A stretch of 64,000 nt of DNA, from contig JAGLDY010000007.1 of the NCBI GenBank assembly GCA_023145375.1, positions 4,391-68,390 of the forward strand. The letters are read 5' to 3'. The notes beneath the pieces are model-generated. The model was not told the DNA's origin. It did not search any database and saw only the letters and a list, made by a program, of their open reading frames with translations. This DNA is from Candidatus Sabulitectum sp. GTDB lineage: Bacteria > Fermentibacterota > Fermentibacteria > Fermentibacterales > JCC-6. This document shows positions 40,100 to 49,091 of this stretch, piece by piece (within the stretch, counting starts at the first letter, position 1; every line of letters starts with the position of its first letter). The translations under genes and the position numbers were made by a program.

Positions 40100-42478
40100 T
40101 TATCTGAGAACCATTATTCTCTCGGTCATTACAGTATCACCTGTTGTGATAACAACGCTGTAGAAACCGTTGGGGATGGAAGCTCCGTTAGAGCCTGTAA
40201 GATCCCAGTTGATCGTGTGCTGTCCAGCTGCGAAGTCTCCGCTGGCAGGTGTGGCCACTGTGCGTCCGGTAAGGTCAAAGACCTGAACTTCAGCTGTGCC
40301 TGCATTTGCCAGAGAGAAGGGGATAGCAGCATTATTTGCAGCAGGATTCGGGTAAGGCGTGCTGATGGCAGTAACATAAGTCGTGCCCTCGCCCTGTTCT
40401 TCAATACCTGCTCCGCTAACAGTGATGGTGCCAAGGTAACTGATGTAGTTGTGTGCCCATACTGTTATAAGCATTTGACCAGTTGTGCTGGGGGCCACAG
40501 GGATGTTCACAACGCCTGAGCCATTGGTGTTCTCTACCTCGTAGACCTCTGCTGTTGCCCAGTCGTCACCCTTCCAGAGGCAGACTCTAGCGCCTGAAAT
40601 GGCGGATCCACCGGAAGTAACAGTTACTGTTACTGTTGTGGCACCGGGAATGGAAGCTGGATGTGCTGCTGCAATATTTGGTGCGTCAGCGGTCCAGACT
40701 GGAAGTTCAGGTTCTCCGAAAAGATTGTATTCTTTTACAACCCAGTCATGGATCTCCTGGGTGTATGGGCTCATCTCATCACGGCCCATGGAATGGATAG
40801 CACCAAGGGCTATCTGACCCTCTACCCAGTCTTCCTCGTAAACACGCTGGGTGAGAACTTCGCTTACGCCGCCACCAGGGTTTGAAGGTGAACCCCAGCC
40901 GTATCTGGCGTTGAAGCAGCCGAATCCACCACCGTTAGGGCTGGCGATCCATGCGTCACCCATGCACTCGTAGTTGTCTAAGTGCCCGATCAGGCAGCTG
41001 ATGGAGTGCCAGATGGCAGGAAGACCGCCGTTGGAGATATTCTGGAGTGCCATGAAGCTTGAAACACCATAGGAACCTCCCGGCAGGGAGAAACTGGTGG
41101 GACCGCCGTGGCTGGAATGGTAAACATTCGCAGGCCCGGCATTGAGCATGCCTGTTGTAATGGCAACACTGTTATTCCCTGTTGACTCGTAGCACTTCTC
41201 TTCTTCCCATGCGCTGGAAGGTAGATCGTTGCTTATGATCTCTGCGCCTGCAGAGCCCCAGCATCCAGGCCAGAGCAGTGAAGTGGTATAACCAACGCGG
41301 AGCTCAACGGGAGCGCTTTCGAAGTAATCGGTTGAACCTACCTGTTCGTAAGCAAGAACTTTGCTGAGGAAGAGAGTGGCTTCAGATGTTGAGTTCACGC
41401 TTGCACGACCGGTGAACATGTCCGGGTGGTAATCTACATTGTCTCCACCGGCTCCCCATTCGCCCCATATGCCATTGCCGTTGGAGTTCCAGAGGTCGGC
41501 ACCAGGAGAGCTGTCATTGATATCAGACCAGTAGAGGTCAACTGGAGGGTATTCTGTGTAGGAAGAATAATGGATCTTGGAGTCACGGCCTGCGATGATG
41601 TTGTCATCACCCCAGATGAGTACGTATTCAACACCTTCATCACGGCAGTCGGTAAGGAAAGCGCGAATCTCCTGCTGGAGATCAGCACAGGAATACTGTG
41701 ACTGGATCCATGTAGTGGTGTAGACACTGGTGGGAACACCCTTACGGGTCTTCCAGTCGGCGAAAGCCTGTGCGTAACTCTGATAGGCAGTAGTTGATAT
41801 TACAACATACTCACCGTACATGAGGTCGCGACTGGGAACTATTGCAGCTCCGCTTGCCTGAACCATCTCCGGGTTGAGAACTGAATTCTCAACAATGGTT
41901 CTTGTGCGGGCTTCGCTCTGTGCAGATCTTGTTCTTACAGAGTAGTTGTCCGTGGCTTCTTCAGTTGTTACTCTGATCTCAAGATTTCTGAGAACCTCAA
42001 TTGTTCCGGAAGCAGGATTCCATCTTACAGGATAGATGCTTACATAAGCTACAGGAAAACCTATGAGCATGGAAGATTCTTCAAATCTTGCAGCGGCAGA
42101 AGGAAAACTCTCTGATGAATTGTAGATGGTCCTGTCAGGCGCTGGAAGCAGAATTTCAGTTTCACCCATGAGGCTCAGAGGAACCGGTTCTGTTGCAGGA
42201 AGAACGGTGTAGTTACCGAGCAATGGCTCGTAAGAAGCGTTTATCACTTCAATTCCCGTTGCCTGCATTCCCGCAGGAAGAGCTATGGGGCTGTTCATCA
42301 CAGGAAGAGCAGGAGCTCCAATATTTCCCATGGTAGATGTACCTGGAAAGGTTACAACCGTGTAGTTGCCCATCTGGTTGATCTCAACATCTGTAGCTGA
42401 GAATGGAACGTTAACAGTGAAATTCCCCGCCATAGCCAGCGAAAGAGCAATCACTGCAAGAACAGTAGCAAATCTCAT
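40100..42478 (-). CDS. Peptidase C25 (gingipain) family cysteine protease with propeptide and FlgD-Ig/T9SS-like C-terminal domain
   Basis: Signal peptide; GAPALPV propeptide; WKTRKG; catalytic HG (HSSHG) and SC (SISCLIG); YNLFGEP; PYPNP...VFDLTGRTV...WD...NGFY tail. Confidence 0.9.
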   Translation of the reverse strand: MRFATVLAVIALSLAMAGNFTVNVPFSATDVEINQMGNYTVVTFPGTSTMGNIGAPALPVMNSPIALPAGMQATGIEVINASYEPLLGNYTVLPATEPVPLSLMGETEILLPAPDRTIYNSSESFPSAAARFEESSMLIGFPVAYVSIYPVRWNPASGTIEVLRNLEIRVTTEEATDNYSVRTRSAQSEARTRTIVENSVLNPEMVQASGAAIVPSRDLMYGEYVVISTTAYQSYAQAFADWKTRKGVPTSVYTTTWIQSQYSCADLQQEIRAFLTDCRDEGVEYVLIWGDDNIIAGRDSKIHYSSYTEYPPVDLYWSDINDSSPGADLWNSNGNGIWGEWGAGGDNVDYHPDMFTGRASVNSTSEATLFLSKVLAYEQVGSTDYFESAPVELRVGYTTSLLWPGCWGSAGAEIISNDLPSSAWEEEKCYESTGNNSVAITTGMLNAGPANVYHSSHGGPTSFSLPGGSYGVSSFMALQNISNGGLPAIWHSISCLIGHLDNYECMGDAWIASPNGGGFGCFNARYGWGSPSNPGGGVSEVLTQRVYEEDWVEGQIALGAIHSMGRDEMSPYTQEIHDWVVKEYNLFGEPELPVWTADAPNIAAAHPASIPGATTVTVTVTSGGSAISGARVCLWKGDDWATAEVYEVENTNGSGVVNIPVAPSTTGQMLITVWAHNYISYLGTITVSGAGIEEQGEGTTYVTAISTPYPNPAANNAAIPFSLANAGTAEVQVFDLTGRTVATPASGDFAAGQHTINWDLTGSNGASIPNGFYSVVITTGDTVMTERIMVLR

Positions 42479-42592
42479 TTCTCCCCCTTTGTTAGTAGCT
42501 GATTAAAAGAGCGCACACACATATATATATAACAAATAGAATCTGAGAACAGGTGGCATATTCACGCTGTTCTGTGGTATCAGATTGTTTTT

Positions 42593-43216
42593 TTACTCGC
42601 CGGAATTCATGGAGAACTCAAGGAAGCTGGACGAGGCCTCTCTGATCGTTAGAGAATCCCAAACCGTACTGCTGAAAAGCCACAGAGGATCGGTGGCGTC
42701 CTCGCTGTACAGCTTTAATCCGGATGCATCGTTTGTCACGAACCACTGACAATCAAGAAAAGAGAAACCGGTGGAAGCTGCTTCAGCGGGATCCATCTGG
42801 CCAAAGGAAACCGGGGAAGAGTAAATAGTGTAATAGAGGTTATTCCCTGGAGCGATGAGGTTGCTGAAGTAATCAGCAAGATCTCTTCCGTTGTTTCCCG
42901 GGAAGACGGATACGGCAACAAGGGGAAGCATATCTTCCTCTGTGTTACCGCTTAGCTGTTCCCAGTTTACTCCTGTTTCTTCGGTGAGAGGCTCTTCAGT
43001 TTCGCCTGTAAGAGCATCCTGTGAGTCGCGGGAGTCGTCAGTGAGTATGTCTGTAATAAGAAGTGCCCCAACCCCTACAACCACCACTCCGAGAATGATC
43101 CAGGTAAGGTCGGTTTCCTCGGAGGAGGAAGTTCCTCCTCCCCCGGAAGCAAATGGATGTGCAACAGCAATATTGGTAAAGGCAAGAAGAAGCAACAGTG
43201 CTGTGATCCTTCTCAT
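42593..43216 (-). CDS. Hypothetical exported/membrane-anchored protein
   Basis: Start MRRITALLLL 4 nt after the EF-G paralog stop; signal peptide plus one TM. Confidence 0.7.
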   Translation of the reverse strand: MRRITALLLLLAFTNIAVAHPFASGGGGTSSSEETDLTWIILGVVVVGVGALLITDILTDDSRDSQDALTGETEEPLTEETGVNWEQLSGNTEEDMLPLVAVSVFPGNNGRDLADYFSNLIAPGNNLYYTIYSSPVSFGQMDPAEAASTGFSFLDCQWFVTNDASGLKLYSEDATDPLWLFSSTVWDSLTIREASSSFLEFSMNSGE

Positions 43217-43220
43217 TTTG

Positions 43221-45269
43221 TTAATCCTCGTCCTTCTGATAGTCATCCATGATCTTCTTCTGAACCTCGCGAGGGGTTGCCTCATAATGGGAGAAAGACT
43301 GAGTGAAGCTTCCACGGGCCTGAGTAAGTGATCGAAGTGAGCTGGTGTACTGGTAAAGCTCTGCCTGGGGAACGGCGGCTTTTATTACCTGGAAGCCACC
43401 CTGGGATTCCATACCTTGTATCTTGCCTCGTCTGGAGTTAACATCACCCATTACATCACCCATGTAATCGTCTGGAACAGTAATCTCAATAGTCATGATA
43501 GGCTCAAGAAGAATGGGACCGGCTTCCATCATCAGATTCTGGAAACACTTGCTTGACGCCAGTTTGAAAGCCATATCAGAAGAATCAACAGCATGTGATG
43601 AGCCATCGGTAACCACAGCTTTTACATCAATGACCTCGCTGCCGGAGAGAGGTCCTTTGTGCATTGCCTCAATAACTCCCTTTTCCACAGCAGGTATGAA
43701 CTTGGTTGGAACATTCCCTCCGGAAACCTCACTTGCAAATACATAACCTTCTCCTCGGGGCGTCGGTTCGATCCTCATGAGAACATGGCCGTACTGACCT
43801 CTTCCACCTGACTGCTTCTTGTGCTTGTAGGCACCATTGGCTTTTTTTGTAATCGTTTCCTGGTAAGCTATCCTGGGTTTGAAAAGCTCCGCTTCAACAC
43901 CACTCATCTCTTTCAGGCGAGCAAGCATTGTCATAAGATGAAGTTCACCCATGCCGTTCACAGTGGTTTGACCGATGTTTCCTTCGTTTCTTGTTATGAA
44001 GGTGGGGTCCATGGCACCAAGTTTGTGAAGCCCGGCACCCATCTTGTCTTCGTCTCCGCGTTTCTTTGCAGTGATGGCGGCTCTGTAAACCGGATTGGGG
44101 AAGGAGATGGGAACAAGCTTGACCTGTTTTGATTTGTCACACAGTACATCATTGGTGATCGTGCCTTTGAGCTTGGCCACTGCGATTACATCGCCAACCA
44201 CCATTTTGTCAGCATCTTCCCTGGCAGAACCGTTCATGTAGTAGTAGTTTCCAAGTCTTTCAGTCTGGTGTCGGGCTATGTTGATGGCTTCCTGAGATCC
44301 ATTAACTGAACCGCGTAGAATCTTCAAATAGACCATGTCACCAACATGCTTGTCGTGCTTTGTGCTGAATGCTCTGGCAACAAATCCACCCTGGGGATCC
44401 GGTGAAACAGGGTCACCATCAATCACCGCAGCCGGTTTAGCCTCAAGAGGTGAGGGCGCGTACTCCACTATTGAGTCAAGTACGAACTTCTGACCCACCG
44501 GGGGAATTGAAGTACCGCAGTAGAGAGGGAATAATCCCCTGTTCTTCACTGCAAGTTTTATTCCTTTCTTCAATTCAGTTTCGGTGAGGGTCTCGTTGGC
44601 GAAGAAGGTCTCCATTAGACCCTCATCTGCCTCAGCTGCTTCTTCGATCAGCTGCATTTTGTAGTCTTCAAGACTGTCTTTTGCGCTATCCGGAACAGGG
44701 ATATCCTTGCCTGCAGCATCCACTGCCTTACCGGTGATCACGTTCACCAGACCCACAAAAGATTCTCCATTTATCACAGGGAAAACCACAGGAACAACAT
44801 GCTTGTTGAACATTTCTCTGGTTTGTTCCAGAACTCTGGCAAAGTCGGAATTTTCTCTATCCACCCGACTTACATAGATGAACACGGGGATATCTGCTTT
44901 TTTTGTAAAACTCCAGGTTTTGAAGCTACCGACTTCCACTCCGTCCTTGCTGTCAACAAGAAGAATGGCCATGTCGGATGCTGATATTGCCCCGATGGTC
45001 TCTCCATGAAAGTCAGCAAGTCCCGGAGTATCAAGGATATTTATCTTGCAATCTTTCCAGTCCAGGGTTGCAAGGGATGATCCGAAACTGTGTTTCTTCT
45101 CCCTGCTTTCGGAGGTGTAATCAAAGACGCTTGTTCCATCGTCCACATTTCCCAGTCTTTCGCACCCGCCACCTGTAAAAAGCAAGGCATCGCAGAAGCT
45201 GGTTTTTCCAACGGAACCGTGACCCAGTACGGAGACGGTTCTCAGTTTTTCAGAACTATAGTTTTTCAT
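43221..45269 (-). CDS. Elongation factor G-like protein (EF-G2 paralog)
   Basis: GHGSVGKT, DTPG, GMGELHL, KKQSGGRGQYGHV, DSSDMAF, LLEPIM; G4 reads SRVD instead of NKxD. Confidence 0.93.
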   Translation of the reverse strand: MKNYSSEKLRTVSVLGHGSVGKTSFCDALLFTGGGCERLGNVDDGTSVFDYTSESREKKHSFGSSLATLDWKDCKINILDTPGLADFHGETIGAISASDMAILLVDSKDGVEVGSFKTWSFTKKADIPVFIYVSRVDRENSDFARVLEQTREMFNKHVVPVVFPVINGESFVGLVNVITGKAVDAAGKDIPVPDSAKDSLEDYKMQLIEEAAEADEGLMETFFANETLTETELKKGIKLAVKNRGLFPLYCGTSIPPVGQKFVLDSIVEYAPSPLEAKPAAVIDGDPVSPDPQGGFVARAFSTKHDKHVGDMVYLKILRGSVNGSQEAINIARHQTERLGNYYYMNGSAREDADKMVVGDVIAVAKLKGTITNDVLCDKSKQVKLVPISFPNPVYRAAITAKKRGDEDKMGAGLHKLGAMDPTFITRNEGNIGQTTVNGMGELHLMTMLARLKEMSGVEAELFKPRIAYQETITKKANGAYKHKKQSGGRGQYGHVLMRIEPTPRGEGYVFASEVSGGNVPTKFIPAVEKGVIEAMHKGPLSGSEVIDVKAVVTDGSSHAVDSSDMAFKLASSKCFQNLMMEAGPILLEPIMTIEITVPDDYMGDVMGDVNSRRGKIQGMESQGGFQVIKAAVPQAELYQYTSSLRSLTQARGSFTQSFSHYEATPREVQKKIMDDYQKDED

Positions 45270-45466
45270 GGCTCTCCCCAATATGTTATTCTGTGGTACT
45301 ATGAATTAATATGCTGATTACCTATTCTTTTCGGAGAATGAATATTACCGTTGCAGGTGTACTTGTGTCAACAGCTTAATCAGGGTCTGGTCAAAGGCCG
45401 GTATATTGTGTTATCAAATCAAGCTTGAACAAGTTCTTTTTCCGGTGAATACGTGGGGTGAATTAA

Positions 45467-45781
45467 ATGGGGATCTTAGGTTATTTTTCTGTAGTGGGGG
45501 CTCTCGTAGGGGGCTTTTTCCTTGTAAGGAAGGTCTTGAGCGAATTTACCGGACCTTCCCGGGAGGATCAGTACCAGGAGCTGGATGAGCAGTTCAAAAA
45601 AGCTGACAGGAAGATAACCGGACCGAACACTCCCAGGTGCCCCCACTGCGGTGGTGACACCGAAAGGTACGAATACCCTCATTTGAGAGTCTGGCGGTGT
45701 ATCAACTTTCCTGAGTGCCGTGGTTTTGTGAAAGCTACCAGGGGAGGGGCAGGATTTGCCAGGAAATGGCATGGGCGTTAA
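45467..45781 (+). CDS. Small membrane-anchored protein with topoisomerase-type C4 zinc finger
   Basis: N-terminal TM; CPHCGG...WRCINFPEC. Confidence 0.75.
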   Translation: MGILGYFSVVGALVGGFFLVRKVLSEFTGPSREDQYQELDEQFKKADRKITGPNTPRCPHCGGDTERYEYPHLRVWRCINFPECRGFVKATRGGAGFARKWHGR

Positions 45782-45795
45782 AAGGAGAACTAACA

Positions 45796-47868
45796 TTGGA
45801 AAGTAAGACAAGGGTAAACCGTCATCCGGTTTTGTCGCCTCTTCCGGACAGTTGGGTGAAGTTCACTTTCAATGGAAGAGAAATGGTAGGAAGGGCAGGG
45901 GAGATGGTATCCTCCGCGGTGTTCGCCGGTGGTGAGCATGTTTTTGGACATCATCATAAAGACGGCGGTGCTCAGGGGATCTTCTGTGCCAACGGACAGT
46001 GTTCCCAGTGTACTTTGATCATAAACGGACTCCTCTTGAAGAGTTGCATTGTGCCCCTGGAAGAAGGAATGGCAGTACGATCTGTTGAAGGTCTTCCGGC
46101 TCTTGATGATCTGGATGCACCGCTGATGAACCCTCCGGAAAGAGTTGAAACAGATGTTTTGATCATTGGAGCAGGTCCCTCAGGTATGGCTGCGGCAAAA
46201 GAGCTGGGAGCTTCCGGTCTAAATGTGATCATTGCGGATGACAAGGACAGACTGGGTGGAAAACTTGTTCTTCAGACGCACAAATTCTTTGGTTCAGAGG
46301 AGGACTGCAGAGCCGGGGTAAGGGGAACAAGGATCGCGGAAATACTTGCAGAGGAATTGCAGGAATTATCAGGGATCGATATCTGGATGAATTCAATTGT
46401 GCTTGCAGTCTTCAGCGACGGTACAGTTGGTATTCGAAAACCGGATGGTTACATGATAGTGAAACCCCGACAGCTTCTCGTTGCAGCAGGAGCCAGGGAG
46501 AAATCGCTTCCTTTCCCGGGATGTACCCTTCCTGGAGTGTACGGTGCCGGAGCATTTCAGACCCTGGTCAACAGAGATCAGATCAGATGCTCTGAAAGAC
46601 TGTTCATTCTTGGCGGGGGCAATGTGGGCCTTATCGGCGCATATCATGCCCTGCAGGCTGGAATGACAGTGGTGGGTCTAGCGGAGGCTATGGAAAAGTG
46701 CGGAGGTTACAAGGTCCATGTTGATAAGATCGCACGAATGGGTGTACCGATCTATACAAGACATACTGTTCTGGCTGCCCACGGGCAGGAAGAACTGGAA
46801 AGTGTAACAATTGCCGCTGTTGATGAGAGCTTCATTCCGATTCCAGGTACAGAGATCAACTTCAAGGTGGATACTCTTCTTGTGGCTGTTGGGCTCAGTT
46901 CTGTTAACGAATTTCACAGCAAGGCTCTTGAGTTCGGAATTCCGTCAATGTTAACCGGAGACTCTGAAGAGATAGCAGAGGCAAGCGCAGCGATGTTCAG
47001 CGGAAGGATCTGCGGAAGAAGAATTGCCTTTTCTCTGCAGGGAGAACCAGCTGATATACCTGCAGAATGGCTTGAGAAAGCGGAAGTGTTGAAGAGTCCT
47101 GGAGGCAGGATAGAAGAATACAGGGAATCTTCCTTGAAGGAGGGTGTATTCCCGGTGATCCACTGTTTTCAGGAGATCCCGTGCAATCCCTGTATGACGG
47201 TTTGCCCAAAGAATCTTATTACAACCAGTGGACACGCTATAATGGGTCTTCCTGAGTACAGTGACGGCTGTATCGGGTGTAAAAAGTGTGTTGCCATCTG
47301 CCCCGGTCTTGCCATATCTCTGGTGGATTACAGAAAGAACAGAGAATTTCCTGTGGTGACCATCTCATGGGAGCTTGGAGACTGGCTTCTCCAGAAGGAT
47401 CAGACCGTTACAGTTACCCAGTGGGAGGGGATACCCGTGGGAACAGGAACGGTTGTCAGTCTGAAGAATGCCGTTGGTTTCCCATCAACCATGCTCCTGG
47501 ACATCAGAGTTCCCGAAAAGATTGCCGGTATTGTGGCTGGCGTGAGAATACAGGAGGCAGAAACAACCACTCCTGAGGAAATGATCCCTGAACTGCCTAT
47601 TCCAGACAGTGCTGTTGTCTGCCGGTGCGAAAGAGTCACTGCCGGTGAGATCAGGAAGCTTCTTCGTGAGGGCGTGAGGGACATGAACGAATTGAAAACC
47701 AGGTCAAGAGCAGGCTTTGGGGCATGTGGCGGAAAAACATGTAAAACCCTCATCCCAGGAATAATAAAGGGTGAAGGTATTGCAATGGACAGGATAACCG
47801 ATTTTACAGAGAGACCTCTTTTCGCTGAGACCAGACTGGGAGTTTTTTGCGGGAAGGAGGAAAAGTAA
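45796..47868 (+). CDS. FAD-dependent oxidoreductase, sarcosine oxidase/proline dehydrogenase alpha-like, fused 2Fe-2S + FAD/NAD + 4Fe-4S + BFD-like domains
   Basis: FCANGQCSQC, IIGAGPSG, GGGNVG, CNPCMTVCP/CIGCKKCVAICP, VCRCERV...GACGGKTC; TTG start after AAGGAG. Confidence 0.9.
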   Translation: MESKTRVNRHPVLSPLPDSWVKFTFNGREMVGRAGEMVSSAVFAGGEHVFGHHHKDGGAQGIFCANGQCSQCTLIINGLLLKSCIVPLEEGMAVRSVEGLPALDDLDAPLMNPPERVETDVLIIGAGPSGMAAAKELGASGLNVIIADDKDRLGGKLVLQTHKFFGSEEDCRAGVRGTRIAEILAEELQELSGIDIWMNSIVLAVFSDGTVGIRKPDGYMIVKPRQLLVAAGAREKSLPFPGCTLPGVYGAGAFQTLVNRDQIRCSERLFILGGGNVGLIGAYHALQAGMTVVGLAEAMEKCGGYKVHVDKIARMGVPIYTRHTVLAAHGQEELESVTIAAVDESFIPIPGTEINFKVDTLLVAVGLSSVNEFHSKALEFGIPSMLTGDSEEIAEASAAMFSGRICGRRIAFSLQGEPADIPAEWLEKAEVLKSPGGRIEEYRESSLKEGVFPVIHCFQEIPCNPCMTVCPKNLITTSGHAIMGLPEYSDGCIGCKKCVAICPGLAISLVDYRKNREFPVVTISWELGDWLLQKDQTVTVTQWEGIPVGTGTVVSLKNAVGFPSTMLLDIRVPEKIAGIVAGVRIQEAETTTPEEMIPELPIPDSAVVCRCERVTAGEIRKLLREGVRDMNELKTRSRAGFGACGGKTCKTLIPGIIKGEGIAMDRITDFTERPLFAETRLGVFCGKEEK

Positions 47869-49004
47869 TGCATGAAGTTATCATCATCGGTGCCGGTTCA
47901 GTGGGAACACCTACTGCAATGTCTCTTGCAGAGAGAGGCATCACCACTCTCGTGATAGATTCCGGCAGATCAGCCGGACAGGGCAACAACAAGTGTGCCA
48001 TCGGCGGGATCAGAGCCACGCACAGTGATCCTGCAAAGGTAGCTCTCAGCCTTCACTCCATAAAAACCTTTTCCACATGGGAAGAAATTCACAGGGAGGA
48101 TATAGGCTGGTACATGGGGGGATACACTTTTATTGCATATACGGAAGCGATCTCCGAGTCCCTTCAGAACATGATACCAGCTCAACAGAAAGCCGGGCTT
48201 AACATCAAATGGTGCAATTCTGATGAGATATTGAGATTGGTTCCGGGAATCAAAGCTGAAGGTCTTTTTGGCGGGACATTTTCACCGGAGGATGGTAGCG
48301 CCAGCCCTATGGAAAGCTGTTACGCTTTTAAGAGGAATGCCGAGAGGTGCGGAGCAGAGTTCCGCTTTGGTGAAACTGTAACTTCCATAGAAAAGAGCGG
48401 TTTTTTCAAAGTTGTAACTGACAGAGCTGAGTACACTGCTGCAAATGTGATCAACTGTGCGGGCTCTTTCGGTAGAGAGGTTGGAGCCATGGTGGGGGTT
48501 GATCTGCCTGTGTATCCTGACATGCACGAAGCTGGAATTACTGAGCCGGTGCAGAGATTTTTCAATCCCATGGTTGTTGATATCAGCAGGACAGCAGGTA
48601 GTGCGAACTACTACTTTTATCAGTACAGTACCGGTCAGGTAGTTTTCTGTATTACCCCTGACCCACCAATACCTGGCAAGGGAACGGAAGAGACTTCCAC
48701 TTTCCTGCCACAGGTTGCCAGTAGAATGGTGAACCTCTACCCCAGACTTGCCAACATCAAAGTAAGAAGAACCTGGAGGGGCAGCTATCCTCAGACCCCC
48801 GACGGAACTCCCATAATAGGTCAGGTTGGACCAGAGGGCTTTTTTGCCGCAGTGGGCATGTGCGGGCAGGGTTTTATGCTGGGCCCTGGTGTGGGAGAGG
48901 TTATGGCCAGACTTGTTGCAGGTCAGTCAACGGAAGAAGACAGAATGGTTCTCAGTGCAATGAGGCTGGACCGGGAGTTCAGCGGGAGAGAAGCACTTAA
49001 GTAG
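47868..49004 (+). CDS. FAD-binding oxidoreductase, sarcosine oxidase beta/DadA family
   Basis: IIGAGSVG, GGIRA, TPDGTPIIG, GMCGQGFMLGP; TAATG coupling. Confidence 0.92.
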   Translation: MHEVIIIGAGSVGTPTAMSLAERGITTLVIDSGRSAGQGNNKCAIGGIRATHSDPAKVALSLHSIKTFSTWEEIHREDIGWYMGGYTFIAYTEAISESLQNMIPAQQKAGLNIKWCNSDEILRLVPGIKAEGLFGGTFSPEDGSASPMESCYAFKRNAERCGAEFRFGETVTSIEKSGFFKVVTDRAEYTAANVINCAGSFGREVGAMVGVDLPVYPDMHEAGITEPVQRFFNPMVVDISRTAGSANYYFYQYSTGQVVFCITPDPPIPGKGTEETSTFLPQVASRMVNLYPRLANIKVRRTWRGSYPQTPDGTPIIGQVGPEGFFAAVGMCGQGFMLGPGVGEVMARLVAGQSTEEDRMVLSAMRLDREFSGREALK

Positions 49005-49014
49005 TTCAGCTCAC

Positions 49015-49043
49015 TTGCATCATATGCGTGTACGGGCTATCTT
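49015..49043 (+). promoter_or_regulatory. Sigma-70-like promoter
   Basis: TTGCAT-17 nt-TATCTT upstream of the C25 gene. Confidence 0.45.
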
Positions 49044-49091
49044 TGATTCATGTATTCAGTTACACCCCAGAAGACAGGAGTTGTACAAGCC

